Positions 52,388 through 64,000 of a stretch of DNA of 64,000 nucleotides are shown piece after piece. Each line of letters opens with the position of its first letter. Positions within the stretch are counted from its first letter, which is position 1. Position numbers and translations under genes: made by a program. The notes under the pieces were generated by a model. The model was not told the origin of the DNA and did no database searches. It saw only the letters and a list, made by a program, of their open reading frames with translations. Source of the stretch: Camelus ferus (Eukaryota); the NCBI RefSeq assembly GCF_009834535.1, contig NC_045707.1, positions 55,802,001 to 55,866,000 on the forward strand, read 5' to 3'.

Positions 52388-55000
52388 ACTTACAGTTGTT
52401 TTCTATTTATTATTTCTTTTTGCTCTGAGATTCCTGTTTGCTTAAAGTTTAAGACTTAAACTGTATGGAAAATAGTTATAAAAATGATTTGCAAATCCCA
52501 AGCTACACATGGAAACAGAAAAACTTTAAGACTGGTAAGTCCTCCCGCCCCATGCCTGTTAGAAGAGCCCACTGTTTACGGTTAATCTAATAAATTTACC
52601 AATTGTCTTCTGACCTCAAGGACCAGTTCTTGCGATACAAGGGGAAATTTTCCATTTTAAGGATTTACAGTAAACCGCAGCCACTGCTTCTACCTCGGCA
52701 TTTCTAAACTTCAGTTGGGAAAGAGTGGTAAGTAAAGACAGACCTGGGATTCTCATCCTATTTTTTAAAAGGAAGAGACACAAGTTTTCAGACCTAGGAG
52801 TTGGAGATCCTTCAGTTATTTCTATAAAAAGTTTTGTATTACTTTCTTAGTTTGTCACCTAACATTTGGTGCCTTTCTCATCTCCCAAAACAAGCATAAT
52901 TGTTGGGTCAAAAAATAATTAAGAAAACAGTTGTAAGCAGTTGTGTTTATAAGTAGAAAAATGTATTACTTATGAAATTCATGTAGAGGTTAACTTACAA
53001 ACATGTTGATATGAAATTCAACTTAAAGTATATGTGGTTTTAAAAAAGTAAAGTAAAAATCAGATATTCTGTGGCATACTGAATAATTAATATCTCCTCA
53101 TCTATATCTTAGTAAAGGACCCTAGGCTAACCTCATTTTTCAGTTAGTTATGTTTATTAGAGATTAAAAAAATTAAAAGAATATTAATTGCTACCTGTTT
53201 TCAAGGCATATATATCTAATTAAATGCATTCATAAATATATTAATTAGTCATGTGATATTTAAACAAAGAATAACAGAGGAATTTATTGTTCTTTTTCAT
53301 TTTCAGACAGCTATTCATTCTAAAATATATTCTGTATTAATAGTTAGGAAAATGCAACAATGAATGGAATAATTAAGGTTATTTTCTTAAAATTCATTAC
53401 TCCAGATGGTAGAGGGAAAAGGAGATATATTAGCTCTGGTTAAAAAAAAAAAAAAAGAAAAGAAAAAGAGGAATGATGTCTATACTGTCCATACATAAAC
53501 AGAGAGGGGCAGTGACAAGAAGTCTATGTGAAGAAGACAGTGATATTCAGTGGCTAACAGGACAGTTTACATGCAAGTTTCAGGGCAGAGCCTTTCAAGT
53601 TTTGTTAATGCTGAACACTTCTCTGATGCTCATCAATAAAAATTCATTAGCTAGCTGTGTAAAATCAAATATACAATTTTTAAAGTATTTCCTTATGCCA
53701 CAGAACATACACTTTGTAGCAGCTTCCAAGATCTCAGAGCTACATTTAAAACAGTAGAATTCATTTAACTGTATTAACACTCAGAAAAAAAAAAAAACAA
53801 AAACAGTTACACAACACATTAGTAAGGTATTTGCCTAATTCCCACCATTTTGTTCTCGACGGGGCCACATATCTCAGTAGTCCAGCGTTAGCGTTCTGCT
53901 CTGATAAAGGTATAAAACATTATGGAGTGTGAATCATTTGGGATCTTTTTTTCTAACTGAATTTGAAAATCTGAACCAAAGGTGAAAGTAAATGATCATT
54001 CTGCTATGTTATACAATAATTGTTTGTTGCAAGAGTCCACGATTGATGGAAAATAGTCACAAGGATTTCAAACACACAGAATCAGCATAAACAAGGAAAC
54101 AAAGACATACTAGGTTTCTTCTAAATAATTATCTGAAAGAGCCTACACTGGTATGTTATCAGGGGACTAACAGGAAACACAATTTGCCCTTTCTCCTCAA
54201 AGACTTCACCTCAGATCACTCCTCTGCCCCCAGCTTCTTCTGTTATTGCTCCCACTGGACCCTGGCTCTAGACTCTGAACTACTTCCACTTACCTTAGTC
54301 CCTTAATCTGATGTTTCACAACCTTATTTGTCCTGAACTCTCATTCTCTAAGGTTTCTCTGCCGTGCCCTACCCCAGCCTCCAGTCCGGTCTTGCCTATC
54401 TATTGCAATAGGATACCTTTCATTTTTATTCCCTAAAACATGTCCTCCTTGGTGAATCCTTCTTTGACCATTTTCCAAGTGTTAGAACTACTTATGATGT
54501 AAGTTCACTGTAACATAACTTACCAGCTAAACTAGAGCACTTAAAAGAGTGAAAGGGAGTGGTATTATTAATTGTGCTGGAACAAGGGGGGATAAACCAG
54601 AATTGTCCCAGTATGGCTGCTCCACTTACAGCCTATGTGCTAGGGCTGTGGATCTCGGTCCTCCCATCTTGGTTGCTCCTCTAAAGTGAACTGTTTTACA
54701 CAATAAGGCACTGATTTATTGTTAGGAGAAATGATCAATACTAGCAAGTGAGACAGAGGTGCTCTCCATCAAAGAACATAAAGTCGTGCCCAACAAGACT
54801 GAGCCAGGTCCTGAAGCCAGGTGGGTAGGAGCTGCTATGGGGGTTCCGGGGGTAGGGGGGCAGACTACAAGTTGCAGCCAGGACACCACAGGGACTGAAG
54901 GGCGTTAGAAAAGAAAAGCAAGAAAACTTGAGGAGGGCAGGCATTCTGGGGAGTCTACCGGCATTGGTGGTTTCTGTAAAGCCTGAAAGGTTGCCCACTT

Positions 55001-55188
55001 CAGTGGTTCTCCAGCTTTAGTGCACATAGAATCTCCCGGAGGACTTGATAAATAAAACAGGGAGCAAGGCCCCATGCCCAGAGTTTCAGATGTAGCAGGT
55101 CTGGGTCACAGCCTGCAATCTGCACTTTTAACAAGTTCCCAGATGATGCTGATGCTGTCAGTCCAGTGCCCACAGCTGGGGAACCAGG
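55001..55188. mobile_element. MER5A hAT element
   Basis: cagtggttctc...agaatctcccggaggacttg...cccagagtttcagat...aacaagttcccagatgatgctgatgctg...gaacca. Confidence 0.9.
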
Positions 55189-56329
55189 TGTCTTATGGGA
55201 ACAGGAAAGGTGTTTTGTACCATACTCTGGACTCCATGTCTGGCATTAGCTACCAGTTAGACAGAGTTCTTCTGCTAGTCACCTGCATGTGGCATCCTCT
55301 TCCTCATATTATGGGCATAATGACCAGGTTCCACATACATGTGGAGCTAGAAATATACATGTGTATGAATCAGATATCCTCATTACATATACCTTTACCC
55401 TTTTAAACTCAAAATAAGGAGATTGCAGAGTTTTATCCCACATTTGTGGAATGACCTCTGAGAAATCATTTCTCTTTTCTACAGTACAGATAAACACATT
55501 CTTGGGTTTGATAATTGAGTAGAATTTCAAATAAAGAAACCACAAAAATTTAAGTAAAATACATCTTGTTCTCCTGGGTGCATCGTGTGACCACACAGTA
55601 TCATTATTTCTTTGGTTTGTAATTTGTCTTACCCAAGTTAATTATCATCATTTAATTTGTCTCCAATCAAAGGGATGAAAAAAAACAAGATGAGAAGTTG
55701 TCAAGAACAACAACAATGAAAAGACATTCAAACAGGGAAAAATAGAAAAGGATATAAAAAGAAAAAGCATTCGCTAGAGGGCCAGGTATGAAGAGTATCA
55801 ATCTCCCCCCAGGGCTAAAATGGGAAAAGAGAAAAAGCCATCAACAGTTCTGGGCTCAACTGTTTTGGCATTAAAAGAGGTCTCCCATTTCCTCTCTGGA
55901 CAAGTCTCTAACTGAACAATTCAAATCACTTGGTAGATTTTTACCAACATAGCAATATGACAATCCTATGAAGATCAATATTTCATTAATTCCTGGATTT
56001 AAATAGCTGTGTGAAAAGTAGAAATCCATAAAATTATAAAGCTGGCCCTAAGCCATAGGCTCAAATTCTGCTTTGGAAAAGTTCTGCATAGAAATTCCCT
56101 AGATGAGTTGGGACTATCATTTCTTACTAAAAAAAAAATATGAAACATTGACTGGTATGATCAATGCAACTAAAGTCAGGAGCTAAAACAATCTGCAATC
56201 AACGCTGTGATGATCCAATTCTCTTCAGGAAAAATCATTCATACATAGCTTTAAAAAATGTTCGAAGAAAATGAAAAATCTTATTTATAAAATAACAGCT
56301 AGAACATAGCATTTGCATGAAAAGAGCTC

Positions 56330-56830
56330 CCCTTGGGAGACGACATCAGATCATCAAAATGTATCCAGAACCGTCTTTTACTGATACCACCTTATCTCAA
56401 GCCATCATACCTCCCCACAACCCCAGATCACAGCAATCACTTCCTAACTGGTCTCCACGCTTCTGCCCTGGTTCTACAGGGTATTCTCAACACAGCAGTC
56501 AGAGAGGTTCTGTCAGATCCTGCCCCTCTCCAGTTGGCTCAGGGAAAGTGAAAGTCATTAACACTGGACTACACTGCCCCATAGGACCAGCATAGAGTTC
56601 TCCCTTGACCCTCCTACATCAGTCCTCTGACCTCGTCTCGTCTCTGACTGTTCTCCCTCTTGGCCATGTACACAATCTATATTAGCCTCTTCCTGTTCGT
56701 CTAACGCATCAGAGGAATAAACACCCCTGCCTCAGAGTCTCTGCCATTCCCTCCGCCTGGAAGGTATCACAGTAGCTCACTCCCTTACTTCCTGGCACAC
56801 TATGGGGATTTAACAAACACATGTTCAATG
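56330..56830 (+). mobile_element. L2 fragment
   Basis: caagccatcat...cctaactggtctcc...tattctcaacacagcagtcagag, ending cctggcacac...aacaaacacatgttcaatga. Confidence 0.8.
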
Positions 56831-57760
56831 ACAGGGCTGAGTTAACTTACTACATCTACCTATGTGGCTAATTGCTTCATCTTCCAGAGCAAGCTAGAAC
56901 CTGGCCAGCATAGATCACCAGGCACTTTTCTATTCATGGCAGAGCTGCAGTGGATCGTCACACATGTTGGGCACTGCGCAATCCCCAAGGACACCATTCA
57001 CAATGAAGTCTCTGTGACTGTGCCTCTTGGACTTAAGTAACATGGTGGCCCAGGTCTTAGAGGTCTGAATTTCCCTTGGTATACAACAAATAATCCAGAT
57101 ATCAACAATACCTTCAGAGATCTTAATTCCAGAACAGTTCAAACTATGCAAGGTGGCTAAAATGTATTATATTCCTTTGTACTGTGCAATCAATTCAATA
57201 GTCTGGGAAAAGAAGAAACTAGTTAATGTATCCAATCCAAGATACATATATATTTTGCCTTGTATACACAAGGTATAGTGATACTCACTATGGGGGATAC
57301 AAAGATGAATTCAACCTTTATCCTTGAGCAGTTCCTATTTAGCAGAGGAAAGATATCGTGGGGATCATTTAACCAATGGATACAAGCTTGAGAAGGGAGG
57401 CGTGCAAAGTATCACAAGCTAAGTGCATCACTTCTGTATGGAGGTGAATTGTCTGGTTTTGTTCAACTTATAATTAAATTTAAATATCCATAGAGTAAAG
57501 GGTACAAGTAATTGTTATCACAGTAATGTTTACAAAAACGGCTATGGTCATTTAATGAGAAGCCAGACCAAGAAAAAGGAGTTCACCAGCATCCAGAAGC
57601 AATTATCTGTACCTGAGGGCTCTTTCCAAAGATTCAGATGACTGGAACAGGGACAAAGCCCCAGTGGAAGTATTTGGGCTGACTGGTTTTGGTGACATCT
57701 AATGGTAACGGGAAAAGTGGGTGAAGTGGAACTGAGGTGAGTCCTTCATAGGCTGTTGCT

Positions 57761-58116
57761 TTCTTTATTTTAATGGAAGTATAGTCAATTTACAACGTTG
57801 TGTCAATTTCTGGTACACAGCATAATGTTTCACTCAGACATATACATACATATGTTCCTTTTCATTCTCTTTTTCATTAAACATTACTATAAGATATTAA
57901 ATATAGTTCCCTGTGCTACACACTAGAAACTTGTTTATCTGTTTTATATATAGTAGTATCTGCAAATCCCAAACCCCCAATTTATCCCTTCCCACCCTTT
58001 TTCCCCCTGGTAACCATAAGTTGATTTTGCATATGAGACTTCTTTTTTATATTATTATTGAACTGTAGTCAGGTTACAGTGTTGTGTCAGCAGTCTGTTT
58101 ACTATGTTGTGTCCGT
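57761..58116 (-). mobile_element. young camelid-type L1 3' end with a second short L1 tip nested near its 5' end
   Basis: Reverse complement of the L1 3' UTR. TSD cttcataggctgttgct (57744-57760) / cttcatgggctgtttct (58117-58133). A second tail and terminus lie at about 58041-58091. Confidence 0.85.
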
Positions 58117-59614
58117 CTTCATGGGCTGTTTCTATGGGCTGTGATGCTCCCTGGGAAGACAGGGTGGGCTATACCCAATGGGCAGGATTTAGACTAGCTG
58201 TTGGAGAGAGATTCTCCTGTAGAGAGGCTACTTGTTCTTACATGCTTACTACGTCTGCGAGAAATAACGTTATGGAGGGGACTCTGCCCTTTTGCTTCTC
58301 TGAAGGGAGGCTTACGGAATGTCTGAGGGGGGTATGTTCTCACGTTTCAAGCCAATCTCTCTCCCGTTCCCTTCTATTAGTTTCGCTGCTTTATGTGTTT
58401 GTGTTTTGGCAGCCTGAGTTAAGAAAAGCTCTGGTTTACCGAGACAGACCCAGTGTGATAAATGTGCTGCAGTTACTGGCTAAGAAAACAGGTGGGCCGG
58501 GGAAGCAAGGCAAGTACACCCAGGAGGTCAATTAGACCGCCCACTTTGAGGCTGGAAGGCCTGGATCTGTCCTTAAGTGAATATGAGACCAAGAATTTTC
58601 CTGAATTGGACAGATGGCACGAAAGGTGTCTAGTGCAAAGGAGATCAGAGGAGCAGCAGGCCAGGGCTCCGCGCTCGGCCAGAAGGGAGGTCGGGAAGAC
58701 TGGCATTGCTTTATTGCACTGATTTCTCTCCTGACTCTTTTCAGAAGGATCTGAGATGCCAGAAAAACACTGAGAGAGTTAAAAAACTATCAGATGGGGA
58801 TTGGGAATTGGGGGGGGGGGAGAAGGAGCAGAAGAGGGGAGACTAGGGAGGAGCTGAAGAGAAGACATGGGAGAGAGGGGAGGAGTGGGGGAAGAAGGGT
58901 CAGGGAGAGGGCAGGAACCCAATCCCATTATAGGTTTAAGTAATACAGAGAGTCAGTAGGAATCAAGTGTGCTTCGTCACAGATAATCCATTCCTGTGAA
59001 GACTTCAATCTGAGTTTCATCACCTGAAGATGAAAGGAAAGACATAACTAGAAGATGGGTACCACCTCACCAAAGGCAGAGGTAAGTAGCCTCATTTTGT
59101 TCTAGGATACTGTACAACCTGAGACAAGGGAGCTGGAAGGGAAGAGATGAGGCAGACAGAGGACTCAAACGCAGGTGCTGAAGTCACTAGAAAAGAATCT
59201 GCCTCTGAGACTAAGTTATGTGGGTGGTAACGAGAATGGGGAGGGGTGGTCAACGAGCTTACATCCTCCTCCTAAAAAGTGCTCAGAGTCTTCTCATCGT
59301 GCTCCCCACCATCTTCATGGACTTTTCAAGCGTCCATGGGGATACAGAGGAGCTAATGGCAGAATACACAAACTTTGGGAACAACTGTTTTAATTACTTC
59401 TTCTTATAAGCTGTGATTCCCTTTCTCTCTGGTCTGTCTGCATGTTGATGGGTAAGGCTTTCTTCTTCTTCTTCTTCTCCTTCTCCCTTTTTTTTTTTTT
59501 TTTATTTAAATTCCTAGGTTTTTACTGTCTCCTCTTCCCCTAATTTCTGTTTCTTTTTCAGATAGGAGGATATCAGTATGGTTTCCATTATAAAGTTAAA
59601 AGAATAAATGGTCA

Positions 59615-59840
59615 TTGTTACAATTTACTGAGCCTTTATTACACACTGGTTACTTTATAAAATCGTAGGTGAACCCTCACAACTTGAGGCAGTAGCAATC
59701 ATCTCCAGTTTAAGAAACTGAGGAGCAGAGAGGCTAGCGGAAGGTGGAACACACTCAAGGAGATGATAATCAGCTGTGGCTGGGTATGCCTCATTCTAAA
59801 ATCCAGGATCTACCGTCCAAAATCCAGTGCACTCTCTAAT
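59615..59840 (-). mobile_element. MIR
   Basis: acaatttactgagcc...accctcacaacttgaggcagt...agaaactgaggagcagagagg. Confidence 0.7.
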
Positions 59841-59933
59841 TCCAAACCCAAAATTTAATTCAGTTCTCATCATCTTGTGTTTATGGCTTCTTGAGTCCTA
59901 TACAAAAACTTGAAAAGAATATATATAAGTTGT

Positions 59934-60289
59934 GGTTATGGTCTGAATGTCTGTGCCTTCCTCCCATTCATATGTTGAAATGCTAATCCCTAAAGTGATG
60001 CTGTTTGGAGGTGGGACTTTTGAGAAATGTCTAGGTCATGAGGGTGGGGCCCTCATAAGTGGGATTAGTGCCCTTATGAGAGAGACCCCAGAGAGCTCCC
60101 TTGCTCCTTCTACCACGGAGAACACAGAGAGAAGATGGCTGAAAGTGAGGAGGCAGTCCTCACCAGACACTGAATCTACCTGAGCATGATCTGGGGACGT
60201 CTAGCCTCCAGAACTGTGAGAAATAAATTTCTGTTGTTTATAAGCCAGTCTGTGATATTCTGTTATAGCAGCTTGAATAGACAAAGATA
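59934..60289 (+). mobile_element. MaLR LTR (MLT1A/MLT1A0-like)
   Basis: tatggtctgaatg...ttcatatgttgaaa...gggattagtgcccttat...gcctccagaactgtgagaaataaatttctgttgtttataagcca...tgttatagcagc. Confidence 0.92.
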
Positions 60290-61539
60290 GTGAGTCAGAC
60301 CTGATGTCATTTTGGAATCTCAGAAGCATGGTATTACAAGCATTTCCATGTGGCAGAAGCTTCCTATTGGAGCAAAAAGGAAATTCATGGAGAATCCCTT
60401 GAATTACAGGCCCACATGAGACATCCCGGCACCAAAAGCTTACCTTTGACATTTATAAACTAAATTCTATAGCGATTCCACATGACTTGTTTCATATGGA
60501 CATGGGAATATATTGTAAGCTTGAGGAGCTATGAAGGCAACACTAAACACTGACTGGTAGCTTAGTTTGAAACCTATTGTTATATACTTCTTACAACTTT
60601 TCATGAAAGACCAGTGAGAAATTAAGTTTATATTAGCAACAACATGAAGTACAAGTGCTGGAAAGCATTTTGGAAGCCCACACCCATCCTTTTAGTTTAC
60701 AGATGAGGAACCTTAACCCCAGAGGCTGACACTGAACCAACTTATTTAACCTATTTTATAAACCTCCCTAGCTTCCCTTCTTGCAAGCCAATCTGAAGAA
60801 AAAAGGCACCCTCTAATGCAATCCTTTCTCCCAAGACATAAAACTAGTGGATTCAAAATACAAATAACTAACAGTACTTTTAAATGCTGCCTTCTAATTG
60901 CCATTGCAGCCAGTATAAATTCCTGTAATTCCCTCTGTCCAGTTCCAACTGGATGGCACATTCCAAGTCACTTGTATCATTAACAAGCAAATCAAGCAAA
61001 TTAAAAGTATGTAACCACCCAGCAGAGTGAATTTCCAAGAGAATAAAACTCACCAACTCTGACATTTTCAATGGCATTTGCAAAAGCATTAAAAAAAAAG
61101 AGAGAGAGACTCAAAACAACATTTAATATTTCATTTATATTACATAAGCATTCATTCAACATTAACATTTCATTTAAATATTTATTTTTAAGCTGAGAAA
61201 GTGTTATTATTCATTCCGTCCATGGGTATAAATATCCTATCTATAACCAGTAAATCAGAAAACTTATGTAAGAATTATAGTATGTATCTTCTTGGACAAG
61301 AAGTAACAAAAATTCTAACAGAACAAACTTTCAGTCAATTTTGGAAACTACCTCCAATTCTAAAATGGAGAATGTAACTAACTGAGCTCAACATTTATTG
61401 CACATCACTGTGACACGGCAATGTGCTAGATACTGACGGTGCAAAAATGGAAAATAAGTCCTCCCTATTCATTATCTTCGCTTTTTCTGAATAAGGTAAA
61501 TGCATAATTTTAGTATAAATATTTACATTCCCACAACCA

Positions 61540-62070
61540 TTCCCCAGTTCAAGCCACCATCATTTCTTGCCCGTCAGACAGCAGCAGAGTTCCCCATGCT
61601 CTACTCTGATCTTTCTCTAATCCTCTTGGCCACATGGTCCCTTCCGCTGCTCTTAAAATAAAATGTGAACTCCTCAGCTTGGTTACAAGGCCTCGGGGGC
61701 TCTAGCTCTGCCAGCTCTCCAGTTTCATGTCCTCCCACTTTCCCACCAGGTTCCATAAGCTTCAGTCACATGAGCCTCTTTCTCTGCTGGGAACACGAGC
61801 TTGTCTTTGTCTGCAATTTTGAACTTTCTGTTTCTTTTGTCTGCAGTGCTCTTATCTGGCTCTTCAAAGGGTTGGTATAAGCTTCAGATTTCAAATATCA
61901 CCTCCTCAAAGATGCTTTACCTGACTTTGGTTTCAAGAAGGACCCTACTTCTCACCACATCACCTTCTAAAAATGGCATCGTCCTGTTTATTTCCTACAT
62001 AGCACTGCTCACTTTCTGCAAGTAGAACAGTGCTTTGCATCCATTAGGCACATCTTATATATATTAAAAT
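61540..62070 (+). mobile_element. L2 fragment
   Basis: ttcaagccaccatcatttcttgcc...caaatatcacctcctcaaagatgcttt...agaacagtgc. Confidence 0.7.
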
Positions 62071-64000
62071 TAATAAAAACCCTTCCCTAAGAATTTTAAG
62101 CTAAGTCGTGACTTACATGAATTTGACATTCTAAAATTGTGCACAGAAGGCCTGACTAATCAAAAATATCTGTCTGCCTACCCAGACACCTACCTATCTG
62201 CCTATCTACCAATGTTGTAAAAAGAAATGGAATATATATTATAGAAGAAAAAGCAATGATCATTATCAAGGGACCCCATATTTAGTTACTACAACCGACT
62301 TGGGCAAACCAACTTCATCTCTCTAGGTTTTAATCTGCTTATTTTATACAACAGAGGTTGTATTAGGTAATTTTAACAGAACTTTTCAGTTCTAAATTTT
62401 AGTCATTTGAAGCAGATTTCTCCCAAATAAAAATATTAATATTCCTTTAAATGTTTATTTTTTAATAACCTGAGCACACTGAGTAGGAATATCAAGCACT
62501 CAGTTACAGGCTTCCTGTCTGTTTATAGATTATTTTACCTTAACTATTCCTTTTTGATGCTGCACCCTGAGTCCATTTCCTACTACAGAGTGGGGAGAAA
62601 ATATATTGAAACTATCTCATAAAAGTATATTGAATTACGCAGTCGTACCTCCCTTGGAAAATAAACGTACTTCTAATAATGGATGTATGTAAAAAAATTA
62701 AAATAATCCAAGAGTACTAAGAAGAATCAGTTTTACACATGTTTACACAGAACATCTACCATCTTTTCCAAATAATGTACACAATAAAGAATTCGGTGCA
62801 TTTTCTGTTAAATCTAAAACAAAAATTTCTCATAGGAGAAATACTCTCTACTACCACCACTGGAAAACAATTTTTTTTCAAGAATATAATGTAATATACA
62901 AATAAATAAATAAAAAGTTAGAACTGGGTAAAGACAGACAAGCCAGTAAAATAAGGAGGCTAACTCTTAAAATTAATAGTAATTTTTTTTTCTAACGGCA
63001 ATTCAAATGAAGCAATGATGAAGTTTACAGGAGCTGAATGTGAAAAATCTAAAGCATATAATAAAATTATGGGAAACAATCTTAGACGATGCAGTGAGCA
63101 GAATTAGTTTGAGGTACAGGAAAAGAAAGCAACAAGATAGGAGAAAAAATTCCTTTTCTGTAAAATGACAAGAGGTCCTTTAGCGCTCAGAGAAAATAAT
63201 CAGGGAACTGCTTTAGCTCAGTAGGGGTACCCGAAACAGTATGCAAGAGAAAATACTAATTTAAAATACTTCATATAGGAAAGGATGAAAAAATAAAATA
63301 AATTCTGCACCAAATTTAAATTAGTTGACTATTGTTTTAACACAGCAATAAAAACTGCACTGTGAGACAAAATCAGGAGTGGTTACGCAGTATGCTGTGT
63401 GAAATTACATGCTGCGGGATGCTGGAAAGATAAAGTATCACAACACTAGGTTTATAAACATATACGCACAATATAAATACACAAATGGACCTGTGGTTGG
63501 TTAAGAGTATCCTCCATTTTATTATTTCCATTTTCCACACTCGTAGCCTGTCACTGATTTATTTTTACTAGTTGGAAAATGGAAGGAAGAATTTAATATT
63601 ATATAAGCATATGAGCTTTATTTCCTCGAGACTTTTCATTTCCATCCACCTTTAAGTTTACTACTTGATAATAACTAACACATCAAAGACAAGAATGGTC
63701 AAAAAAATTAATTCTATTTTCCAAGGGATCAGCAAAGTAAAGGCTTTTTGGCTCCTTGAAAGCCATTCCAAATGCAAATCTGGTAGAAATCAGCACATTT
63801 TACCCATCACTAAACCAGATACACACTTCGTCTCTCTGAACATACAACTTACTCCTAATGATAGCGTGGAGTGTGACAGAGTTGTTACATAAGGCCATTC
63901 TGGACTGATTAAGACCAAGGATAAACTAAGTGAGAGAGACGTCCTCTTACAGTTTACAGACAACCCTTTACAGTTTTTATTCTTGACCCCAATCTGAGGC

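Noticed and set aside
58104..58722. Overlapping ORFs of 143, 86 and 77 aa
   Set aside because: No recognisable homology or splice structure; expected by chance in locally GC-richer sequence.
1..64000. CRISPR array, operon or prokaryotic/viral defence system
   Set aside because: No regularly spaced repeat-spacer structure and no gene-dense coding; the sequence is mammalian intron throughout.

Overview
AT-rich mammalian genomic DNA, most likely a camelid (alpaca/llama/camel), judged from tRNA-derived Vic-1-type SINEs and young L1 3' ends. The window appears to lie entirely inside the TMTC2 gene (minus strand; ER protein O-mannosyltransferase with TPR repeats). Only two short coding exons are present: 51066-51180 (GQFLLEEARLIEAAEMAKKAAELDSTEFDVVFNAAHMLR) and 39698-39761 (QASLNEAAEKYYDLAARLRPN). 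They splice in frame with canonical AG/GT sites. I did not find the flanking exons, including the terminal one, in the window. The rest is intron filled with repeats (L2, MIR, old and young L1, MaLR/ERV1 solo LTRs, MER5/MER58 hAT elements, microsatellites) plus a few enhancer-like unique stretches. The other ORFs in the track look spurious. I see no evidence of a new multi-gene system. The best observations are small: a poly(A)-tailed insertion of an ancient MIR fragment with a perfect 15-bp TSD, a SINE plus twin-primed L1 sharing one triplicated target site, inverted young repeats bracketing both exons, and an abutting STAT+CRE composite motif. Repeat subfamily names come from memory of consensus sequences, and repeat boundaries are approximate unless TSDs are given.
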